Below, piece by piece: positions 46,163-56,164 of a stretch of 61,550 nt of DNA. Each line of letters begins with the position of its first letter. Position 1 is the stretch's first letter. A model generated the notes under the pieces. That model searched no databases and was not told where the DNA came from. It worked only from the letters and a program-made list of their open reading frames with translations. The translations under genes and the position numbers were made by a program. The DNA is from Deltaproteobacteria bacterium (GTDB lineage: Bacteria; UBA10199; SPLOWO2-01-44-7): positions 1 to 61,550 of the forward strand of contig JAHFSU010000008.1 of assembly GCA_023265595.1 (NCBI GenBank), in the 5' to 3' direction.

Positions 46163-49075
46163 GTGAAACATCTCTTCATCCTATTATCCGTTTTCGGTAT
46201 TTCTTCACCCCTGTGGGGGGAGGAGCTGCCGAAGAATATTTCGGTGCAGTGCGATGCCCCTCCGATACCGACACCCATTGTTTGTGAAGCGGGCGGCAAA
46301 TTTTTGTGCGTCAATTCAGCTCCGGGCGGAGTGAAAGAAGGTTTTGTCATTTTGAAGGGGAGGCTCAATCTGGAGCAGGCCACATTGGGCCAGTTTGGTG
46401 TCTCCACGCAGCACGAATACACCAAAAAAATTAAAACCATTTCGATCTCCAAAATTGCCGGCAATGACTGTTGGGAGGAACCGATTCTTCGCGACGGCCA
46501 GCTTTGTCTTCAAAATGACGGAACCTATTCGGTACGCGTTCCGCTGGAAGAGGTTGGCCCCTACACGTTGTTTGTGACCGCTACCAAGCTCGCGGGCGCC
46601 CCGATGCAAACAACCGTTCGGGTCAGTCGCGTGATTGCCCCGACTGTGACGGAAGAGGTGATTTCGTATGAACCGCAAGGGACCCATCACACCAAAGTCA
46701 TTCTCGATCTGCTCAAAGGATGCGGAGAGGCCAAGGAGGCCTGTGATTTTATCGGGGCTTCGACCGGAGGGGTACAGGTTACGATTGCAAATACCATGAC
46801 AGGGCCGCCTCAGAAAAAAGTCTCCTGTGAAACGACCACCATGCTCGGAGGCGCCGGGCGTTTTGTGATCGGGGTGCCGGTCCAGCCCGGCAAAAATCAG
46901 ATGGTGCTTCATATTTGCAACGCCGCCACCGGTTTTGATCTGTCGGGTTGTCCCAAAATGGTGAGCCCCATTTTTGATGTGGGCGGAGAAATCCCCAAAA
47001 TCGAAATTTTAAATCCTCTTGCAAGGGGACCGTTTTATTGGGACTCCGACAGTTCTTTGGGCGTCCCCCTCCGATTCAGAATCAAGGGGCTGTTGCCAAC
47101 CGCTTGTACGGGGGAAGTGACCGTTGTTTTTAACGATGGCAAATCTTTTCCTGTCTGTCCGAATGGAGAAGGGGTTTACGAAACGATATTGCAACCGGTT
47201 TATGGGTACAATGTTGCCGCTATTGAGGCCACCCTGAACGGCACTACATGGAAGCATGCTGTCCCCTTTGGTTGGGGAAAAGCGATCAGCCCCTTTACGC
47301 CGCAGGGAGAATTGAAACCGACAAAAGAATGGACCTTGAAAAAGGCATTGCAATTTTGGATTCCGAAAAAAATTATCAACGAAGTTTTATTGCCGCGGCT
47401 TCATGTTTTTCTCAATTCGGATGAATTCAAGAAATCGGTTTCGGATGTGGCCGAGGGGATTGGCAGAGGTCCTTCAACGGGAAACGGGTCGGAAGAAAAA
47501 AAAGGCCGTTTCCCATCCTATTGTCCCGCCTCCAACGGAGATTCTTTCAAAATTCGGGTCAGTGATCCGCCCAAGTGGGACGAGATTACTCTGCGTCCTC
47601 TTTCTTTTGAAGCGGGATCTTTGAAAATTGCCGTGGCGTTCAAAAATGTTTCGATCGGGATACAGATTTATAAAGATGAAAATGGAGATCAAAAACCCGA
47701 TTTGGATCCGCTGCCGATCCGGATTGTCTTTAAAACACTTTCGCTAAGGCCGCAGATTCAGTCGAACGGCAGCATCCAACTTTCGAGCCCCTATACCGAT
47801 TGTGATTACAAGAGAGAAGGGCTTTGCCGCCACATGCCGGCACTAATCATCCCGAAAAATTTTAAAGGGGGGGCCAGCCGCGCGGGCGCTTTTGCCGTCT
47901 GTGACTGGACACAGAGAATTTCGAAGAAAATGGAAGAAATTTGCGATGCCTTGAATACGATCGATCGTCAAACAGGCGGTGTTTTTGAGGAAAAGGTTTT
48001 GGATACGATCAATACCGCTTATTCCTGCGAGGGAAACCGGTTCCTCCAGAGTTTTTTATCGAACGGTTTTCCTCTCAATCAGGAGGTGGGTCCCCTTGCC
48101 ATTGTCGGAAAGCTCATGGTTGGAAAGTTGGGCATTGAAGAGGGCGGGCTATTTTTTTCCGTCGATACCCGCTTTGGTGACGAAAATATTTTCAAGCTAT
48201 GGGATCCGTCGGTACGACAGCGGGGTGCGGGGATTTTGGTCGGTAACGCAGAGACGCTGGATCTGGCTCATTCGAAGGAGGGACCCATTGGCATGAGTCT
48301 CCACCTTCCCTTGCTGAGCCAGCTTTTTTGGGGGCTTTCCGATAAAGAAGGGCATCGGCAATTTGTGATTGATGAGGCCCTTTTCAAAAATGCCGGTTTC
48401 GATTTTGCAAAAGAGTGTGTTGCGAAGGAAATAGAAAAAGAAGAGACCGACGAAGAACCCGAAAGAAAAAATCCATTGTGCAATGTTTGGCCGAGGGCCC
48501 GCGAGATTTTGGGCGGTGAAATAAGTGAGTATGGCTATTTGGCGCCGACTGCGCCTCTGCGCATTTTGGTTGTTCCATCGACCGCTTTTCCGCTTCGCGT
48601 GAGCGCCCTCGATTCGCATGGCAAAATGGCCATTGAAACGCTCGATTGGGAGTTGCAGATGGAATCAGGCGATTTGAAGATTATCACTGCCCTGCTTTCG
48701 ATGAAATTGGTGGCTTATATCAGTCCGGCGATGGTTTTGCCCCAACACCCCGATGCACTGATGATGTCGATCCGGCTAGATGGAGAAAAATCGAAGATAT
48801 GGATTACGGAAAAAGAGGGGAGCAATGCCACCGTTGTCCCCTCCGATGTTTTGTTGTCCTCTCTCTTGGCTAAATTTCAATTTGCTATCAATCAATATTC
48901 CAAGCCGGAAACAGAGATAAAACTTCACTTTCCACGATTTTTGTTGTTGGCGCCCGATTCTATTTTTTCAAAGCTGGGATTGCAGGAACTGACTTGGACT
49001 CAAGGCGGGCTCCAGATGCAACTCGAAGATTCTTCCGATCAGCTCTTCCTCCAACTCCAGCCGGTGTTGAGATAG
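46163..49075 (+). CDS. Large exported Cys-rich protein (970 aa)
   Basis: GTG start, signal peptide, Ig-like N-terminal half; divergent from the lipoprotein gene. Confidence 0.7.
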   Translation: MKHLFILLSVFGISSPLWGEELPKNISVQCDAPPIPTPIVCEAGGKFLCVNSAPGGVKEGFVILKGRLNLEQATLGQFGVSTQHEYTKKIKTISISKIAGNDCWEEPILRDGQLCLQNDGTYSVRVPLEEVGPYTLFVTATKLAGAPMQTTVRVSRVIAPTVTEEVISYEPQGTHHTKVILDLLKGCGEAKEACDFIGASTGGVQVTIANTMTGPPQKKVSCETTTMLGGAGRFVIGVPVQPGKNQMVLHICNAATGFDLSGCPKMVSPIFDVGGEIPKIEILNPLARGPFYWDSDSSLGVPLRFRIKGLLPTACTGEVTVVFNDGKSFPVCPNGEGVYETILQPVYGYNVAAIEATLNGTTWKHAVPFGWGKAISPFTPQGELKPTKEWTLKKALQFWIPKKIINEVLLPRLHVFLNSDEFKKSVSDVAEGIGRGPSTGNGSEEKKGRFPSYCPASNGDSFKIRVSDPPKWDEITLRPLSFEAGSLKIAVAFKNVSIGIQIYKDENGDQKPDLDPLPIRIVFKTLSLRPQIQSNGSIQLSSPYTDCDYKREGLCRHMPALIIPKNFKGGASRAGAFAVCDWTQRISKKMEEICDALNTIDRQTGGVFEEKVLDTINTAYSCEGNRFLQSFLSNGFPLNQEVGPLAIVGKLMVGKLGIEEGGLFFSVDTRFGDENIFKLWDPSVRQRGAGILVGNAETLDLAHSKEGPIGMSLHLPLLSQLFWGLSDKEGHRQFVIDEALFKNAGFDFAKECVAKEIEKEETDEEPERKNPLCNVWPRAREILGGEISEYGYLAPTAPLRILVVPSTAFPLRVSALDSHGKMAIETLDWELQMESGDLKIITALLSMKLVAYISPAMVLPQHPDALMMSIRLDGEKSKIWITEKEGSNATVVPSDVLLSSLLAKFQFAINQYSKPETEIKLHFPRFLLLAPDSIFSKLGLQELTWTQGGLQMQLEDSSDQLFLQLQPVLR

Positions 49076-49119
49076 CGGGAGTGGTCAAAAAACGTCACCA
49101 GGTGCCTGGCACCATATGA

Positions 49120-51582
49120 TTAAAACCGGATCTCTTTTTCGACGAGTTCGTTTTCTTCGACGGCGAGGTTGATCCATTTTTTGAGAAGCTGTGAGGAATC
49201 GGGATCGTGGTAGGCGGCCTCGATATAATATTTGCCCGGTTGCAAGTCGATCGATTGCCAATCCTGTCCGGTGGTTCCATCAACGATAGGGCGGTCGTGA
49301 TTGTATTCATAAATCTTGAATTCGACCGGAATGATTTCGTTGTTCGTGCCCCGTCCGATCAGCCGAACTTTGGCATTTGTGAAAACGGCCTCTTTGACAT
49401 AGAGGGCATTCGTTTCAATCGTCACATCACGAAGCCAAACTTGCGGTTTGGGGTCGACCGTCGATTTTGTATCGACCGCTTTGATATCATAATTGTCCGG
49501 CGCCAATTCAAACTGGATCCAGCCCTCCACCGGTCCCGCCGTGGCGACGACCTCTTCCGTTCCTCCGGCATAGACATAAAAAGTCGTTTCGATTTTTTGT
49601 TCCTTCGCATTGCGGCCGAACAATTTCAAAATTCCTAATTGATAACTGACAATCTGTTCCAGCGATTTTCCCTCTTCTACATTCACTCCTTTCACTTCCG
49701 CCGTGGGCGATTTTGTATAGAACGCCGACAAGAGGGCCGCTTCAATGTCATATTTTCCGGGGGGCAATCCGAAGGATGCCTTTCCATCTTGTGTCTGAAT
49801 CTTGGCCACTTCCGACCCGTCTTCCGGTTTCAGAATGCGAAACTCGGTGGGGGCCGGTTTGTCATCGGGCATTTTGGCGACCAGATGGAGCGTGCCGATT
49901 TTCAAAACGATCGTTTGTTCCTGAATGGCGCCCCCTTCTATTTTGATCTCTTTCAATTCCCCGATCGGTTCCGCTTTTACAGCCGGGTCCATCCCCTCCA
50001 CTTTAATGTCATAGGTTCCGGGCGGCAGGTCAATGGTTCCGCCGGTTGTTTCCGTCTGGCCTTTTGCAACAACGGAATCCGGTTTTCCGGTGAGGGAGAC
50101 CTGATACAAAACGGCGACCGGTTTTTTCTGCGGGTCTTGCACTTTCAAAACAAGACTGCCGGTCTGAAAGGCGAAATGTTTTACAAAACCCTGTTCCAAG
50201 CTGACGGCGACATTCGGCTCGATCAGCTTCATCTCCTGACCGGGTGTCGTTCGGTTTGCGACGATGTCGTAATTTCCGGGCTGAATATAGAGCATCGTCT
50301 CCTCTCCTCCCGATTGAAAAGAGGCGACCTCCTCTTCCGTCCCCGCTTTATAAAATGTATATTCGGTTCCCGTCGCTCCTCCTTTGGGATCATGCGCAGA
50401 AAGAGTGACATTGGCCAGATCGAAGCGGATCTCCTGCTCCACTTTTCCCTGCGACGGAAGCTCTACCCCCTTGATTATTTTGGACGGTTTGCTCTCTTCA
50501 ATCGATTTGGCATACTCGACCAAAATATCGTAGGCCCCCGGTTTCAATCGAAACAATTCAATTCCGAAACTGAAGTTTTTTTCGACAGCCTCTTGTGTGC
50601 CGGCTTTAAAGACCGTGATGGTCGATTCCAACGGTGTGCCGCCGACCAAAACTTTGAGCCGCAAATTGTAAGGGACGGTGGAGCGAAGCGCTTCATCGAG
50701 CGCGCTGGCTAATTCTTCACGCGTTCGGGCCAAGAAAAAAGAACCCTTCGAAGCATCGGCGATACATTTCAAACCCGCTTCATCGGCCGCAGCGAGATCA
50801 AAGCCGACCACATGGGTCACAATTTTGAAATGGCCTTCATGCAGCGCTTTAGCAACGGAACAGGGGTCTTGCTGACAGGTATCTCTTCCATCGGCCACAA
50901 GAATAAGGACCCTATCCTTTTGGAGCGGTGCCAAATCTTCGCCCGCCTTTTCCAACGCATAAGCAATGGGGCTGGAACCTTTCGGTTGCAACTGGGCCAG
51001 TTTTTGTTGAACCGTTGTCGGATCGATCGGCCCAAAAGGGATTAAGAGTTGTGAATCGTCACATTGATTTGCCTCTAACGATGTGGTGGCCCCCAAAAGA
51101 CGGAGCGCAAAAGAAAGAGGGGGTTGTTTTAATGTGGCCCATTGCGGCGTCAAATCCTGAAGCAACGATTTAGCAATATTCATCTTGGTTTCCGTCCCTA
51201 AAAGCCCGTTCATGCTGCCGGAGGCATCAAGCACCAATTCAACGGCCAGTCCCCCCTCCACCGTCGTCGGCTGAAAGGGAACCGGTTCCGCCGCAGAGGG
51301 TATTTCCGCTTGTGCCGTCGGTGTTGTCGGAGGTTGCGTGATGGTGATCTCCAATTTCTCCGGTGTTGTCGGGGCAGGGGCCGGCGTCACCTCTTCCGGA
51401 GACAAAGGGAAGAGGGTCAACGCCTCTTTTGCCGCTTCTTCTTGTTGGGCTTTGAGTTCTATCGGTGGCGCCGCAATCTGGACTTTTTCGGTTATTTCAT
51501 TAGATGTGTCGACCTCCCCTTTGGGACTGCAAGAGACGATGAGGAGAGCCAGAGAAAACAAAAAGAACCCTATTTTTCTCAT
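49120..51582 (-). CDS. vWA-domain lipoprotein with six beta-sandwich repeats
   Basis: Lipobox IVSC, MIDAS LVLDASGSM, LVADG, HVVGF; six repeats ending in (L/I)xPGxYDI-like motifs. Confidence 0.85.
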   Translation of the reverse strand: MRKIGFFLFSLALLIVSCSPKGEVDTSNEITEKVQIAAPPIELKAQQEEAAKEALTLFPLSPEEVTPAPAPTTPEKLEITITQPPTTPTAQAEIPSAAEPVPFQPTTVEGGLAVELVLDASGSMNGLLGTETKMNIAKSLLQDLTPQWATLKQPPLSFALRLLGATTSLEANQCDDSQLLIPFGPIDPTTVQQKLAQLQPKGSSPIAYALEKAGEDLAPLQKDRVLILVADGRDTCQQDPCSVAKALHEGHFKIVTHVVGFDLAAADEAGLKCIADASKGSFFLARTREELASALDEALRSTVPYNLRLKVLVGGTPLESTITVFKAGTQEAVEKNFSFGIELFRLKPGAYDILVEYAKSIEESKPSKIIKGVELPSQGKVEQEIRFDLANVTLSAHDPKGGATGTEYTFYKAGTEEEVASFQSGGEETMLYIQPGNYDIVANRTTPGQEMKLIEPNVAVSLEQGFVKHFAFQTGSLVLKVQDPQKKPVAVLYQVSLTGKPDSVVAKGQTETTGGTIDLPPGTYDIKVEGMDPAVKAEPIGELKEIKIEGGAIQEQTIVLKIGTLHLVAKMPDDKPAPTEFRILKPEDGSEVAKIQTQDGKASFGLPPGKYDIEAALLSAFYTKSPTAEVKGVNVEEGKSLEQIVSYQLGILKLFGRNAKEQKIETTFYVYAGGTEEVVATAGPVEGWIQFELAPDNYDIKAVDTKSTVDPKPQVWLRDVTIETNALYVKEAVFTNAKVRLIGRGTNNEIIPVEFKIYEYNHDRPIVDGTTGQDWQSIDLQPGKYYIEAAYHDPDSSQLLKKWINLAVEENELVEKEIRF

Positions 51583-51660
51583 AACCTATTTTTTTATCAC
51601 AACTGAATCTGCTTGAAAAGGAATTGATTTTCTTCATTTCTCCTGCATAGATTCGCCGTC

Positions 51661-52356
51661 ATGCCGATGTCGGTTTTGGATCATTTGGATGAACTGAGGA
51701 GCCGTCTTTTAAAGGTGGTGATTGTGGTCGGTCTCACCACCTCCATCTCCTTTTGGCTCTCCGATTGGATGCTTGCGTGGTTGTTGAAACCCTATCCGAA
51801 TATTGCCCAGGTGTTGACATCGCTCACGCCGGCGGGGGTTTTTGTCCAAAGTATGCGACTGGCCCTGATTTCCGGTCTGGTTATTGCCTTTCCGATTGTG
51901 GCTTATCAGTTTTGGGCTTTTATCTCTCCAGGGCTCTCTCCAAAAGAGAGAAAGGTTTTTGTTGTAAGTCTTTACGCGGGGACATTTCTTTTTGTATTGG
52001 GCCTTTTGTTTGCCTATATTTTTGTGATTCCCAAAGCGCTTGATTTTTTCTGGGGTTACAGTGAAAGTTTTGGCGTCCATTTGGCATGGACCATTGAGAG
52101 CTATCTCAATCTTGTTTTAATGTTTCTGCTCAGTTTTGGTCTTGCCTTCGAACTCCCTCTCGTTTTGATCCTTTTGGTAAAAGGGGAGATTGTCTCCATT
52201 GAGACCATCACACAAAAGAGACCTTATATTATTGTGGCCTTGTCGATTATCGCCGCCATTTTAACCCCCCCCGATGTAATGAGTCTTATAATGTTGCTTG
52301 TCCCCCTTTGGGTCCTCTTCGAACTCTCCGTCCAAATTGCCAAGTGGATTGGTTAG
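51661..52356 (+). CDS. tatC: Twin-arginine translocase subunit TatC
   Basis: MSVLDHLDELRSRL, YQFWAFISPGL, FGLAFELP, AAILTPPD. Confidence 0.95.
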   Translation: MPMSVLDHLDELRSRLLKVVIVVGLTTSISFWLSDWMLAWLLKPYPNIAQVLTSLTPAGVFVQSMRLALISGLVIAFPIVAYQFWAFISPGLSPKERKVFVVSLYAGTFLFVLGLLFAYIFVIPKALDFFWGYSESFGVHLAWTIESYLNLVLMFLLSFGLAFELPLVLILLVKGEIVSIETITQKRPYIIVALSIIAAILTPPDVMSLIMLLVPLWVLFELSVQIAKWIG

Positions 52357-52391
52357 TTGAGAGAAAAGTTTAACTTTTTTTATAGAAGTTG

Positions 52392-52421
52392 TTGCCAACC
52401 GTTTGTAATCTTTTGTATAAT
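52392..52421 (+). promoter_or_regulatory. Putative sigma70 promoter
   Basis: TTGCCA-N18-TATAAT upstream of the kinase gene. Confidence 0.4.
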
Positions 52422-52456
52422 TCATTCAAGATAAAGAGGTTCAGAGAGGAGGGGAG

Positions 52457-53707
52457 TTGTTCTTCAAGCCAAAAGGTTATGATTACGAAGAGTTAGCCAA
52501 AAAATTTTCCCATCTTGTTGCCAAATATTTTTCACCGGATGAATTTTATCTCCACATATTAAGGTTTGTGATGGAGTCGGTCGGCTCCGAAGGGGGCTCT
52601 CTCGTCTTGAAAGAGAAGGAGACCTATACGGTGAAACAGTGCCTCGGTTGGGAAAGCTTCGCCTTTCGTATGGAAGAATGTTTGGGATTAATCCATTGGT
52701 TGAAGAAAAATCACTGCGCCATTACCCGCCAGCAATTGCTTGAAGATCCTCATTTTGCGCCGATCAAAACAACGGGGCTCAATTTTTTCATCCAATTTCA
52801 GGGGGAGGTATCGCTCCCCTTGTATGCACATGGTGAATTGTTGGGCCTCGTTACTCTTGCGGCCAAAAAAGGGAGCAAGCCGTATACGCCGGCCTGTCTG
52901 ACGCTGCTCAATTGGCTGGGGGCGCAAATTTCGATGCATTTGCAAAATAATTTATTGAAAGAAGCGATTCGCCTTCAAACGTTGGAGCTCGAAGGGGTGA
53001 AAGATTTGAAAAGCCAGATCGTTTCGAATTTGTCGCACGAGTTGCGGACCCCTTTGACCGGCGTGATTGGTTTTGCAGAGTTGTTGGCGGAGGAAATCGA
53101 TGGGCCGTTGAATAACGAACAGAAAAGACATGTGACTCAGATTCAGAATGGGGCGGAGAGACTTTTGAAAATTTTATCGGCGTTGGTCGACTTGGCGCAA
53201 TTGGAGGCAGGCAATTTGCCGCTTCATGTGCAACAGTTTCATCTCGCGCCTCTTGTTGCTTCGTTGAGCGATGAAATCCCGCTCAATTCGGAAACGGCGC
53301 TTAAAATCGTACTCGATCATGCCACGCCGAGAATTTATGGCGATATCAATCTCGTTCGCCAAATTTTCAAACATCTTTTGGATAACGCGGCCAAATATAC
53401 ACCGAAAGGTGAGGTTCAAATCAGCGCCGATAAAAAGGGAGAGATGCTCGAAGTCTGCGTTGCCGACACCGGTATCGGCATTGCCGAAGACAAATTGACC
53501 CGCATCTTCGACGGCTTTTATCAGGTGAACGGCGGTCTCACGCGTGAGTTTCAGGGTCCCGGCATCGGGCTTTCGTTGTCCAAAAAATTGATTGAACTCC
53601 ACGGCGGACGGCTTTGGGTGAAGAGCATGCCGGGCCGCGGCAGCCGCTTCTTTTTTACCCTCCCCCTTAAACCGGTCGTCATCAAGCATCGCGAATTGGC
53701 CGCATAA
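52457..53707 (+). CDS. Cytoplasmic GAF-domain sensor histidine kinase
   Basis: SHELRTPL H-box, LLDNAAKYT, DTGIGI, GIGLSL, GSRFFF; N-terminal GAF-like region; TTG start. Confidence 0.9.
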   Translation: MFFKPKGYDYEELAKKFSHLVAKYFSPDEFYLHILRFVMESVGSEGGSLVLKEKETYTVKQCLGWESFAFRMEECLGLIHWLKKNHCAITRQQLLEDPHFAPIKTTGLNFFIQFQGEVSLPLYAHGELLGLVTLAAKKGSKPYTPACLTLLNWLGAQISMHLQNNLLKEAIRLQTLELEGVKDLKSQIVSNLSHELRTPLTGVIGFAELLAEEIDGPLNNEQKRHVTQIQNGAERLLKILSALVDLAQLEAGNLPLHVQQFHLAPLVASLSDEIPLNSETALKIVLDHATPRIYGDINLVRQIFKHLLDNAAKYTPKGEVQISADKKGEMLEVCVADTGIGIAEDKLTRIFDGFYQVNGGLTREFQGPGIGLSLSKKLIELHGGRLWVKSMPGRGSRFFFTLPLKPVVIKHRELAA

Positions 53708-53821
53708 AGTACGCGTTCTCTTCTTGAATCCATTTTTAAAATTATGATAAAGGATGCCGTGCATTGCCTGTTTCTTCGGATATTGTTTTTTTCTTTTTTC
53801 ATTTTACAAGGAGGTGTCGCC

Positions 53822-54295
53822 ATGGCCTTTTCACTGACGAGTCCCGCATTTCAAAATGAATCGACGATTCCGAAAAAATGCACTTGTGACGGAGACGATT
53901 TCTCACCGACTCTGCAATGGCAGGAGGCCCCCGCAGGGACAAAAAGTTTTGCGCTGATTATGGATGATCCGGATGCGCCGCCCGGAACATGGGTCCATTG
54001 GATTATTTACGATTTGGCGGCGACAAAAAATTCTTTGCCTGAAAATGTTGCAAAAAAGGAGACGGGGCCCGATGCCTCCAAGCAGGGGTTGGTCTGGGGG
54101 GTCGACACCTTTTCAAAAGTCGGCTATTTCGGTCCTTGTCCCCCTCCCGGCAAACCGCATCGTTATTATTTCAAACTCTACGCCCTCAATACCCTTTTAA
54201 ATCTCCCGCCCAAAGCGACCAAATCCCAAGTCGAAGCCAAAATGAAGGGTCACATTCTAGGGCAGGCGACATTGATGGGGACCTACGGAAGATAG
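53822..54295 (+). CDS. YbhB/YbcL family (PEBP/Raf kinase inhibitor-like) protein
   Basis: DDPDAPPGTWVHW, GYFGPCPPPGKPHRYYFKLYAL; AGGAGG RBS. An upstream start at 53744 is possible. Confidence 0.9.
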   Translation: MAFSLTSPAFQNESTIPKKCTCDGDDFSPTLQWQEAPAGTKSFALIMDDPDAPPGTWVHWIIYDLAATKNSLPENVAKKETGPDASKQGLVWGVDTFSKVGYFGPCPPPGKPHRYYFKLYALNTLLNLPPKATKSQVEAKMKGHILGQATLMGTYGR

Positions 54296-54589
54296 TATGG
54301 CCCCCGCAAAACAAAATGTCCGTTTTCCGGAGGATGACCATGAAGTGACATGGCAATGAGGGTGCTGAAAAGACGCGACAATTTTTGGGACGGCCCCGCG
54401 GCAGCGTTTAACAGCGACGCGAAAGCGTCGCATCCGAGCCAGCTGATTTCGCTCCTATGGTGGCGATTTTATTTATTGTATCCCGGCTGATAAAATCGCC
54501 ATCCGCAGGCTTTTCATCACCCTCATTGCCATGTCACTGCTTAACCCTCCTCCAAAACAAAACGGACATTTTGTTTTGCGGGGGCTATA
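54296..54589. repeat. ~295-bp nested inverted-repeat element (MITE-like or structured RNA)
   Basis: 31-bp outer IR (1 mismatch), 29-bp inner IR (1 mismatch), two internal hairpins. Confidence 0.75.
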
Positions 54590-54760
54590 ACTAACCCCCC
54601 GATATTTTTTTCACATCTACATGAAGGCGGTCTCTCTTCCCCCTCACGAACAGACTCCATCCCTTTTTGACATCTCTTTCAGTAAATCAAAAAAGTGTCA
54701 GGTAAGGCTGTCAGGTAAGACTTGCCTTCAAGGTCTCCTTCTGTTACCAAAATGGGCTTC

Positions 54761-56164
54761 ATGCAACGCAAGGTGTTATTTTTTATTGTCATTTTGTTTG
54801 GGTTTTTGGCGAGCGCCCCGTTTGGGACTTCCGGTTTTGCCCAAGATACCCAGATTTCTGTCTCGCCGCTTCCGGAGAAAACGGCCGAACCTGCCGTCAA
54901 CAAACTCCGGATGTCACTCAGGGACTGCATTAAAATGGCTCTGGCCAACAATGCCAAACTGGCGGCGAAAGATTATTCGATCGAAGGAGCGCAATGGAAA
55001 TATAATGAGACAAAGATTCATGGAGTTCCTACGTTTGAATATAGCAACCGGTCGGCCCCTGTTCCGCGAGATGCAAGGCGGGCCGCCGCCTCCTTTTTCG
55101 AGGGGGATGTCACCTTTTTCAATGCCACGCGGCTTGCCGTCGGTTTTCCGATCACCGGTTTTGGCCAGCTTGCTGTTGTGGAGGATCTGGCCATCAAAGG
55201 GATTGAGGCAGCCCGAATGGAAAAGGCAAAAGATACAGTTAAGCTCCAAGCTGACATCAAGCAGCTCTATTACGGTATTTTACTGAGTCATGATCTTGCC
55301 GATTTGGGAAACGATGCCATTCATAAAATTGAAAATCAGCTCAAAAAAGAGGAGGAGACCAAAGAACATTCCCCGTATGAAATTTTGAAACTGAAAGTTT
55401 TTAAATTGGAACTGGAAAAGAAAGTGGAGGAAGCGGTTACCAAAGGGACAATGGCCAAACAGGCGTTGAAATTGCAAATGGGGATGGGTGAAACCGAATC
55501 GATGGAAATTAACGAGAGCAATTTGGAACCGGCCCATCACGATTTTAAATCGCTGGAAACGTATCTGCAAGAAGCACTCGTGGTTCGTCCCGATTCGAGC
55601 CTGATCGATATCGGTATTGAAGCGAAACGACTCGAATATGATTTGGAAAGAAAGAAGATGCTTCCGAGAATGGGATTGGGCGGTTTTTTTGAGATTGCGC
55701 GGACAGCCCAGCCTATTCGTAACGTCAGCACCATCGATGCCTTTGTGAACCCATTCAATTATACCCGCGCCGGCGTCGGCATCGAAATCAAAGGACAAAT
55801 TGATTTCAAACAGTCGATTTCCAGAATCCGTCGTTTGGAAAGTGAATATCAAAAGGCATCGCTGGAACGCTCTTTTGCCAAACAGGGAATCGAATTGGAG
55901 GTCACAGAGGCGTTTCATGAGGTGCGGCGGTTGAAAAACAGCGTGGCGATGGCCGAAGAGAAACAGAAAATGGCGCGTCAGATGATGTTCTTGTCAAAAA
56001 GCAATCTGGAGGTAGGTGTCGGTCAGGAACAGGAATATACCGACGCACTGCAACTTGTCTTGCTCAGCCGCGGGGAATATTTGAAATCCGTTTTTGACTA
56101 TAATGTTGCTTTGGCTAAATTTGAGGAAAAAATTGGAAGGCAGAATACCTATGAAATGGAATAA
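54761..56164 (+). CDS. TolC-family outer membrane protein
   Basis: Signal peptide, MSLRDCIKMALANN, VRPD, LPRMGL, C-terminal YNVALAKFEEKIG. Confidence 0.8.
   Translation: MQRKVLFFIVILFGFLASAPFGTSGFAQDTQISVSPLPEKTAEPAVNKLRMSLRDCIKMALANNAKLAAKDYSIEGAQWKYNETKIHGVPTFEYSNRSAPVPRDARRAAASFFEGDVTFFNATRLAVGFPITGFGQLAVVEDLAIKGIEAARMEKAKDTVKLQADIKQLYYGILLSHDLADLGNDAIHKIENQLKKEEETKEHSPYEILKLKVFKLELEKKVEEAVTKGTMAKQALKLQMGMGETESMEINESNLEPAHHDFKSLETYLQEALVVRPDSSLIDIGIEAKRLEYDLERKKMLPRMGLGGFFEIARTAQPIRNVSTIDAFVNPFNYTRAGVGIEIKGQIDFKQSISRIRRLESEYQKASLERSFAKQGIELEVTEAFHEVRRLKNSVAMAEEKQKMARQMMFLSKSNLEVGVGQEQEYTDALQLVLLSRGEYLKSVFDYNVALAKFEEKIGRQNTYEME

Noticed and set aside
49095-49113. Short palindrome caccaggtgcctggcacc between convergent genes
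   Set aside because: Too short and single-copy here to support a call.
49639-50712. 357-aa plus-strand ORF, and similar ones such as 30941-31768, 28636-29433, 6699-7505 and 38564-39295
   Set aside because: They lie antisense to better-supported genes and have no recognisable motifs.
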